The translations under genes were made by a program, and so were the position numbers. A stretch of DNA of 64,000 nt from an uncultured Christensenella sp. (GTDB taxonomy: Bacteria > Bacillota > Clostridia > Christensenellales > UBA1242): assembly GCA_964434145.1 (NCBI GenBank), contig CAYSUG010000001.1:22933-86932 (forward strand), in the 5' to 3' direction. Shown one piece after another: positions 58,585 to 64,000 of this stretch. A model generated the notes under the pieces. The model searched no databases. It was not told where the DNA came from and was given only the letters and a program-made list of their open reading frames with translations. The first letter of the stretch is position 1; each line of letters starts with the position of its first letter.

Positions 58585-59295
58585 ATGATCGGATTTGTTA
58601 TTGCTATGGAAAAAGAATGCAATGCCTTCTTAAATAAACTAAAAACAACTAAAGAATATGACTTCGCTGGTAAAAAATTCGTTAAGAGCGAGTTAGGTAG
58701 TAGCGAAATAATTGTAGGAATTGCAGGCATAGGCAAAGTTAATTCTGCAATGACAACCCAATTAATGATAGACAAATTTGCCCCAGAACTAATAATAAAT
58801 TTTGGCTTCGCTGGAGGCAAAGAAGGAAGTGGGTTAAAAGCTGGAGACATTGTGTTACTGGACAAAGTCTGTCAATACGATTTTGATTTAAGCGAAGTAG
58901 ATGATGTAAATATTGGATATATGCAAGACTATGACACCACATACTACAACACAGATTACTCGCTTTATAACGGAAATGCTTTTAAAATACGCACCGGTGC
59001 CACTGGCGACAGATTCACCAGCCAGAAATATTTTCTAGATATTATTCGGCAACTAAATGCACAAGTAGTAGATATGGAAGCTTGTGCAATTGCACAAGTA
59101 GTAGATATGGAAGCTTGTGCAATTGCACAAGTATGTCAAGCAAATGACATACCTGTTATAAGTATTAAATTAATCTCTGATGTAGATGGAATGGATGTAA
59201 ATATCTTTGAACAATACAAAGGCAACAGCAATGCAATAAACGATAAATTTGTACTCGCAATAACAGACCTAATGGACAACATAATAAACAATTAA
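58585..59295 (+). CDS. mtnN: 5'-methylthioadenosine/S-adenosylhomocysteine nucleosidase carrying an in-frame 33-bp tandem duplication
   Basis: Motifs GIGKVNSA, FGFAGG, GDRF and VDMEACAIAQV are present. The last motif is duplicated. Confidence 0.85.
   Translation: MIGFVIAMEKECNAFLNKLKTTKEYDFAGKKFVKSELGSSEIIVGIAGIGKVNSAMTTQLMIDKFAPELIINFGFAGGKEGSGLKAGDIVLLDKVCQYDFDLSEVDDVNIGYMQDYDTTYYNTDYSLYNGNAFKIRTGATGDRFTSQKYFLDIIRQLNAQVVDMEACAIAQVVDMEACAIAQVCQANDIPVISIKLISDVDGMDVNIFEQYKGNSNAINDKFVLAITDLMDNIINN
59065..59130 (+). repeat. perfect 33-bp tandem duplication inside mtnN
   Basis: GTAGTAGATATGGAAGCTTGTGCAATTGCACAA occurs at 59065-59097 and again at 59098-59130. Confidence 0.95.
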
Positions 59296-59304
59296 GCACA
59301 TTGA

Positions 59305-59368
59305 ATAAAAAAATTCAACAAGTATTACTTTGTTGAATTTTTTAAATAAACTGAGCAATGCCTCAGTT
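59305..59368. terminator. convergent terminator hairpins
   Basis: AAATTCAACA-n10-TGTTGAATTT plus a T-run, then an AACTGAG-n6-CTCAGTT hairpin. Confidence 0.6.
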
Positions 59369-59381
59369 AAATTATTTTATA

Positions 59382-59720
59382 TTAGTCTTCATCTCCTAAT
59401 TCAGCCGTACCTGTTAAATCATAATGGAAATGTTCTTCCTCAACTCTACCCCTTGTAATAGCTGATTTTGCATTTTTTAATGGTTCTATTGCTGCAGCTA
59501 CAACTGTCTTCTCTTGTAGTATCATACTTTTTGCAAAATCGCCATTCCTACTTCCTTTGTATTTTTCAACATCGTGAACTTCTCCGTTGTTTAATTTATC
59601 TAAATATATTTGAAGTTGGCTTATTGTGTTGGCTAGAGTTTCCACAATGTCTGGTTTTTTATCATTATTCTGATGCTTATCTTGAGATTTTCTAATCTCT
59701 ATATATCTTTTAACGTCCAT
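59382..59720 (-). CDS. hypothetical protein (112 aa)
   Basis: AAGGAGAAAT RBS. Charged and helical. No family recognised. Confidence 0.55.
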   Translation of the reverse strand: MDVKRYIEIRKSQDKHQNNDKKPDIVETLANTISQLQIYLDKLNNGEVHDVEKYKGSRNGDFAKSMILQEKTVVAAAIEPLKNAKSAITRGRVEEEHFHYDLTGTAELGDED

Positions 59721-59789
59721 GCATATTTCTCCTTAAATTTAATTAGTGAACTAAGTATATCATATTAAAATACATATTGCAATACCTAA

Positions 59790-59826
59790 AATAAAAAACT
59801 CAGTCAAACTATGTGTTCAACTGAGG
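59790..59826 (-). terminator. Rho-independent terminator closing the module copy 2 unit
   Basis: CTCAGT-n15-ACTGAG hairpin followed by TTTTTT on the minus strand. Confidence 0.6.
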
Positions 59827-59863
59827 ACCATTTTGCAGAAATGACAGAAAAAAATACAAACAA

Positions 59864-59975
59864 ACAGATGTGAGGCAATTTTCTGCACGGCAAGTTTACT
59901 TGCGGGAGTGCAGAATACAAGTGAAACTCCCCTGCGTATACGCAACGACAGCATGGAATGCTGTCTGTCATCTGT
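59864..59975 (-). ncRNA. unclassified conserved multi-hairpin module, copy 2 (tRNA-linked)
   Basis: Contains TGCGTATACGCA (59933-59944) and GAATACAAGTGAAA (59913-59926), identical to copy 1. Hairpins at 59947-59965 and 59881-59915 differ in sequence from copy 1 but occupy the same positions. Confidence 0.4.
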
Positions 59976-59980
59976 ACCAC

Positions 59981-60008
59981 AAAAAAATAAACTCTGCGAA
60001 CGCAGAGC
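59981..60008 (-). terminator. terminator directly after the tRNA/tmRNA 3'-end fragment
   Basis: CTCTGC-GTTC-GCAGAG hairpin followed by TTTATTTTTTT on the minus strand. Confidence 0.7.
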
Positions 60009-60018
60009 TTATTGGATG

Positions 60019-60040
60019 TGGTGGAGATGACGGGATTTTA
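60019..60040 (-). repeat. orphan 3'-end fragment of a tRNA or tmRNA (att-like junction)
   Basis: The minus strand reads TAAAATCCCGTCATCTCCACCA: half a T-loop, the 3' acceptor strand, A73 and CCA. The upstream DNA has no matching 5' half. Confidence 0.6.
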
Positions 60041-60187
60041 ATATTAGATTATTTAACGCATAAAACACAATATATAGTGGTCTTTAGTTTGCTATTATAC
60101 CAAATATTGTTATTTTATTTTCTATTTTTTTCTAATATTAAATTTTTGTGACCACTTATGTGACCATTTTTTTTAGAATACAACAGG

Positions 60188-60724
60188 TTATTTTTTGTAT
60201 TCTTTACATTTCTTCTCCAAAAGTTTAAAGTCCACAACACAATCTAAATATTTACTATGTTCCGATACTTTATATTTTCCTATCTTTTGATTATAAATAA
60301 TATTTGCTTTTCTTACTATTTCCTTTCTATTTTTAGTAATAAAATCTAATTCTTTTATCACAAGAGTTTTGTAATTTAAATCTTTTTCATTGTTTGGATT
60401 TACTTTAGTTAATGCAATATCATTTATAGGTATCATATTACCCAAAAGTATTTTTCCCTTCATTTCATCTATATTCTTATCATTCTTTACTACTATTCTT
60501 GTTAAAAATATTGGGTCCTTTCGAATTGAGCCATCAGCATTAAAGTCCTTTTGCTTAGGACTAGATAATGGAGCAAAAAATTTACAATCATTTACTTGTA
60601 TTACTGCACCAATATACTTTCTAGCATGTTTTCTTTTTCCAATTTTGTTATCACTTACATGAGAATCAAATTTTCTCAAATATTGAATATAGTCATCATC
60701 AACATTATATAAATATATTTTCAT
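60188..60724 (-). CDS. type III toxin-antitoxin system toxin, ToxN/AbiQ-family endoribonuclease
   Basis: 178 aa from MKIYLYNVDDDYIQYLRKFDSHV. It matches my recollection of AbiQ/ToxN: F..V...YI.YL..FD..V, YIG.V......FFAPLSSPK, and a C-terminal C.VDF..LEKK. Confidence 0.8.
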   Translation of the reverse strand: MKIYLYNVDDDYIQYLRKFDSHVSDNKIGKRKHARKYIGAVIQVNDCKFFAPLSSPKQKDFNADGSIRKDPIFLTRIVVKNDKNIDEMKGKILLGNMIPINDIALTKVNPNNEKDLNYKTLVIKELDFITKNRKEIVRKANIIYNQKIGKYKVSEHSKYLDCVVDFKLLEKKCKEYKK

Positions 60725-60740
60725 AAAATTCTTCCTTTGA

Positions 60741-60776
60741 ATAAAAATGAGCAAGGCGACTTTTGCCCTGCTCATT
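60741..60776 (-). terminator. terminator between antitoxin repeats and toxin gene
   Basis: AATGAGCAGGGC-AAAAGT-CGCCTTGCTCATT hairpin followed by TTTTAT on the minus strand. Confidence 0.75.
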
Positions 60777-60780
60777 ACTT

Positions 60781-60875
60781 CCTTCTGAGGAGAGGAATTC
60801 CACCTTTTACAGTTTCCCACTAAGGTAGGGTTCTCCAATCATACAGTTTCCCACTAAGGTAGGGTTCTCCGCCAA
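60781..60875 (-). ncRNA. ToxI/antiQ-like antitoxin RNA: 34-nt tandem repeats (2 perfect cores plus a degenerate partial unit)
   Basis: TACAGTTTCCCACTAAGGTAGGGTTCTCC occurs at 60808-60836 and 60842-60870, a 34-nt period. A degenerate partial unit lies at 60781-60807. The position relative to promoter, terminator and toxin matches type III TA loci. Confidence 0.75.
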
Positions 60876-60895
60876 TATCACTATTGGTTACAAGT

Positions 60896-60924
60896 ATGAT
60901 ACATTTTTTTTACTTTAAAGTCAA
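60896..60924 (-). promoter_or_regulatory. promoter of the type III TA operon
   Basis: The minus strand reads TTGACT (60924-60919), 17 nt, TATCAT (60901-60896). A 14-bp palindrome AGTTTTGCAAAACT (60926-60939) abuts the -35. Confidence 0.55.
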
Positions 60925-61015
60925 TAGTTTTGCAAAACTTTTTTGTATCACATAATTATTATATTCTACCAATTAAAAATAATTCAATTTTTACTGACAG
61001 AATTTAACAAATATA

Positions 61016-64000
61016 TTAATACCCACTCATCTCAAACAACTTTTCTTTCTGACTTTTTGTTAGTTTTAGTCTATTAATATAAGACTTAACCTGTGTTTCG
61101 CCATACTTGTTTGTGTAACCAAGATACCCCATAATCATATACTTCTGTACTGCTGTAAGACCTAGACTATTGATGTATGATTGTATCTTTGCTTTTCTTG
61201 ATCCTGATATAGCTACACCTTTTTTATCTGTATCTGCTGTGTATATCTGTGCCTGAGATATAGCCATAGCCAATTGCTCAATTGGAATAGCCTCAGCAAA
61301 TAGAATTGTCTTGCTCTCCAAATCTTCTCCCAGCATATCCTCAATAGCAAGATTGTAGTAATAATTATAGATAAAAGTCATAGCCTTCGCTTTTGCTTCA
61401 TCATCAATCTTAGCAAAAGCTTTCAAGTTTACCATCTTCTTTACAGATTCGTTGGCTTGAGAATATATCTTTGTGAATTGTTTATGTTGTTTATCTGTTA
61501 AGGTATATTCCACCCCTTCATAAGTAATAGATTTATTTACTACTCTAGGTAGCACATCATAACCCTGCTCAATCAAATCTCTAGTCACTTCCATGACTTT
61601 ATCATCTTTGATTTTTCCTGTCCTACTATCAAACATAATATTTATTATTCTGTCAGCATATTCTTCATCTCCATTAGCAAGTGCTTTTTCTACTTTATCC
61701 AAATATGTTTGAGTACTCTTTGTCTTAAATAATGCTTCGTATTCTTCTTTTGTTGCAGGAGATATTTTTCCTATAATACCTTTTGTGTAACTCTCTAAAT
61801 TTTGTAAAGGTATACCAAATAGTTTGCTGGCATTTAGTATAGATTTTCTAGCAGAAGCTCTTAATTTAGTATCATCTTGATATCCACCATTAGCAAAAGT
61901 GTCGATTGACTCAACTGTATCTTTAACAATATTAAAAGTATTACTTAATGAAGTGTAAGCCATATTTGTTGGCTCATAACCAAGCATTAAGTTTGCTAAA
62001 TCGCCACCAAATGGAAGTAAGCCAACCAGATTAGCCATTGCTTCATTCCTAGCAACTTCGCTCCACTCCTCATCATCATCTTTACCTTTTAGCCATTTGA
62101 AAGCCATTGCAATCGCTAGTAACATTACCTGATTAAGAATAAATGCACTCTCAGTTTTTGCTAATCCTTTTTTAGAAGATGGTAATTCTTTTTGTGCATA
62201 TTGTGCTAATTCTAAATTGTCACACTTGCTCACTTTTTTTAATATATGATGCTTTCTTATTGCACTGCATTTTCTTCCTGCTAATTGTATACCATCTCCC
62301 CCAAACATTCTAAGAAATTTTATAAATTCATTATCGCTTCGCATCCACTCACTTCGACCTAATGCATCACTTGTCTGTTGAGTTGTAAATACAACCTCTG
62401 TCAATCTCTTACCAGCTTCAACTTTGTTTGCATCTGTGCCAAATTCTAATCCTTTTGTCTCTGCAACCTCATATTGAGCAGCAAACCATAATGATTGAAT
62501 AACATTACTATCCATCCAGGATATAGGTGTAGTTGTTAGTTTATTTAAGCCATCAGTAGCCTTTGCAATTACTTTGTGAGATCTTCCACCAATTTCTTTT
62601 CCAATTTGCCTTATATCTTGTACATCTACACTACTTCCAACTAAATTTCTCTCCCACATAAGAGGTGCATATTTAGCCATCTCTATTTTTTCTTTTTCTC
62701 CAAAGAAATGCTTCATTCCTTTAACAATGTACTTAGGATTGAATTCTGTTTGTGCAGATGCAAGAGATAATGTCTGAGTTAATAATACTTTAGGATTTAA
62801 GCCTAATGCAGAATTGGCTGTAGCCCATCTAATTCTACTCATTAGTTTACCAAAAAACTTATCTACTGATTTAAGGTTTTTAGTATTAAGTCCTTGTACA
62901 TCTAGCCACAATTTATCCATATATCCTTTAAATCCAGAATCTATTTTGCCTGCAGCACTATGCATATTTATACCAGAACCATTTTCTAACACAACTTTTC
63001 TATTCATTATCTTGTTGTATGCATTTAATGGCAACGCATATCCTACATATAAGGACATTTTTCTTATATGTTCTGCAAGAATATTATCTACACCATCAAT
63101 AACAATCATATTGCTAGAATTAGGTTTTACAGTTTTATTAAATCCAAAATTTAAAACAGATTGGTTTATATTACCTTTATCTGTTGTCTCCTGAAAAAGT
63201 TCATCGCTAGATACTTCTAATGGGAAGTAATCTCTATCTTCTACATTAGAGACTCCATACAAAGCAATATCTACTTCTTGTTTTGCTTTTCGAGAATTCT
63301 CATTAAAGAAAGTTTTAACTAAATCTATATATTCTCTATCTGCCTGTGTAAATTGTTTTTCAATATTGCTTAACATTTCTTCGGTAACTTTAATTTCTAC
63401 ACCTTTATCAAGTGCTTTTTTCATCTTTCCACGAGTTGAAAATTTATTATCCAACAACTTAACAATGCCCTCATCACCATCAACACCAAATATATGACTT
63501 CTACCCTGAGGTCTTAGTGATGTTAAGTATAGAGATAATGCTTGTCTTTTATGAAGTGTAATATCTTCATATCCATTATTAATAACCATTTGTTCTTGTA
63601 GAACATTGTTATAATTCTTATTTCTTTTATAGAAGTCATCAAATAACATATTGGCTTCCATGACAAACTTGGCTCTTTTAGAATCTCCATTAACCATATC
63701 TCTATATATTTGCATCATTACAGAGTTTTCTCTGTACAATCCCATTTCAGCCATTCTATCTTTAGGATTAATAAATATATGCTTAATTCCTTTAATAATA
63801 TAGTTAAAAAACCTAACAAATATATTTGAGTCCGGACTCTTTAAGAATGGTTCAGCCTCAAGAGTTTCCTTAACACCTTGTTCAGCGATTTTATCTATCT
63901 CAACCTTTTCGCCATTAAAGCTAACTAAATTATAATTTTGTAAAACATGCATAAAGTTCCTAAGAACATTAGAGATATCAAGAATTTCTTCCGTTGTAAA
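61016..64000 (-). CDS. very large phage/mobile-element protein (partial; open beyond the window edge)
   Basis: The 978-aa track ORF stays open upstream of its first Met as far as position 64000. Composition and C-terminal segments (e.g. SGSRKAKIQSYINSLGLTAVQKYMIMGYLGY) resemble large virion/polyvalent proteins. The family was not verified. Confidence 0.5.
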   Translation of the reverse strand, partial: FTTEEILDISNVLRNFMHVLQNYNLVSFNGEKVEIDKIAEQGVKETLEAEPFLKSPDSNIFVRFFNYIIKGIKHIFINPKDRMAEMGLYRENSVMMQIYRDMVNGDSKRAKFVMEANMLFDDFYKRNKNYNNVLQEQMVINNGYEDITLHKRQALSLYLTSLRPQGRSHIFGVDGDEGIVKLLDNKFSTRGKMKKALDKGVEIKVTEEMLSNIEKQFTQADREYIDLVKTFFNENSRKAKQEVDIALYGVSNVEDRDYFPLEVSSDELFQETTDKGNINQSVLNFGFNKTVKPNSSNMIVIDGVDNILAEHIRKMSLYVGYALPLNAYNKIMNRKVVLENGSGINMHSAAGKIDSGFKGYMDKLWLDVQGLNTKNLKSVDKFFGKLMSRIRWATANSALGLNPKVLLTQTLSLASAQTEFNPKYIVKGMKHFFGEKEKIEMAKYAPLMWERNLVGSSVDVQDIRQIGKEIGGRSHKVIAKATDGLNKLTTTPISWMDSNVIQSLWFAAQYEVAETKGLEFGTDANKVEAGKRLTEVVFTTQQTSDALGRSEWMRSDNEFIKFLRMFGGDGIQLAGRKCSAIRKHHILKKVSKCDNLELAQYAQKELPSSKKGLAKTESAFILNQVMLLAIAMAFKWLKGKDDDEEWSEVARNEAMANLVGLLPFGGDLANLMLGYEPTNMAYTSLSNTFNIVKDTVESIDTFANGGYQDDTKLRASARKSILNASKLFGIPLQNLESYTKGIIGKISPATKEEYEALFKTKSTQTYLDKVEKALANGDEEYADRIINIMFDSRTGKIKDDKVMEVTRDLIEQGYDVLPRVVNKSITYEGVEYTLTDKQHKQFTKIYSQANESVKKMVNLKAFAKIDDEAKAKAMTFIYNYYYNLAIEDMLGEDLESKTILFAEAIPIEQLAMAISQAQIYTADTDKKGVAISGSRKAKIQSYINSLGLTAVQKYMIMGYLGYTNKYGETQVKSYINRLKLTKSQKEKLFEMSGY

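Larger units (their letters stand above)
60041..64000. mobile_element. end of a prophage or phage-derived island (continues beyond the window)
   Basis: AT-richness rises abruptly right of the att-like fragment. The block holds a ToxN/AbiQ module and a >990-aa phage-type ORF. No integrase lies within the window. Confidence 0.55.

Noticed and set aside
59947-59975. Hammerhead-like CUGAUGA core in the conserved module (AGAUGA + hairpin), also at 5497-5530
   Set aside because: U4 of the core is not conserved (CAGAUGA / UAGAUGA). The hairpin is followed by UUGCG rather than the obligatory GAAA, and no stem III/cleavage triplet arrangement is present.
60019-60187. Intact tmRNA or tRNA gene ending at 60019
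   Set aside because: Only the last ~22 nt are tRNA-like. The 150 nt 5' of it (minus sense) are AT-rich with no T-stem partner, acceptor 5' strand or tag ORF.
60725-60838. N-terminal 38 aa of the 216-aa track ORF for the ToxN-like gene
   Set aside because: This extension reads through an intrinsic terminator and the antitoxin repeats. The ATG at 60724 has an RBS and aligns with the family N-terminus.
60808-60875. Possible CRISPR array (repeated 29-mers)
   Set aside because: There are only two copies, spaced by 5 nt rather than by unique spacers of ~30 nt. No cas genes are present, and the layout fits a type III TA antitoxin instead.
1-64000. Search for integrase, transposase, reverse transcriptase, Cas or restriction-modification genes
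   Set aside because: None of the translated ORFs shows the corresponding motifs (R..H..R..Y, DDE, YxDD, P-loop helicase/nuclease combinations). The mobility of the accessory blocks is therefore inferred only from att-like repeats and composition.

Overview
64-kb chromosomal segment of a low-GC, endospore-forming Firmicute. The Clostridia-like call rests on spoIVB, SpoVB-like and SpoVD-like genes, ytfI-ytfJ and a DUF421/DUF4363 pair. It is densely coding with about 60 protein genes, mostly on the minus strand. Core genes: plsY-der, a type IIA topoisomerase B/A pair, murG, a COG0523 GTPase, yebC, a TrmH methyltransferase, infC-rpmI-rplT with an L20-type leader, mraZ-rsmH-ftsL-PBP (start of the dcw cluster, with MraZ boxes), ung, plsC-cmk-pseudouridine synthase-DD-carboxypeptidase, hrcA-grpE-dnaK-dnaJ with CIRCE, an Fe-ADH and mtnN. 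A six-tRNA operon (Gly-Arg-His-Gln-Lys-Leu) lies on the minus strand at 5.58-6.17 kb. Three blocks look accessory. (i) 1-5.4 kb, downstream of tRNA-Leu, holds hypothetical genes, a BspA-type LRR lipoprotein and an XRE regulator. (ii) 42.9-47.1 kb is an islet of unknown genes plus an XRE regulator. (iii) AT-rich phage-like DNA runs from about 60.04 kb to the right edge. It is bounded by a 22-nt tRNA/tmRNA 3'-end fragment and carries a type III ToxN/AbiQ toxin with a tandem-repeat RNA antitoxin. Two signals are not explained by ORFs. (a) A conserved multi-hairpin module occurs twice, each time just downstream of a tRNA 3' end plus terminator (5408-5574 and 59864-60010), with compensatory stem changes. 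Copy 1 is bracketed by an 18-nt direct repeat of the tRNA-Leu 3' end. (b) A tandem pair of ~140-nt composite structured elements at 25241-25512 also shows compensatory changes. I saw no rRNA, no CRISPR array, and no intact integrase or IS transposase gene. All family assignments come from reading the translations by eye; no database search was possible.
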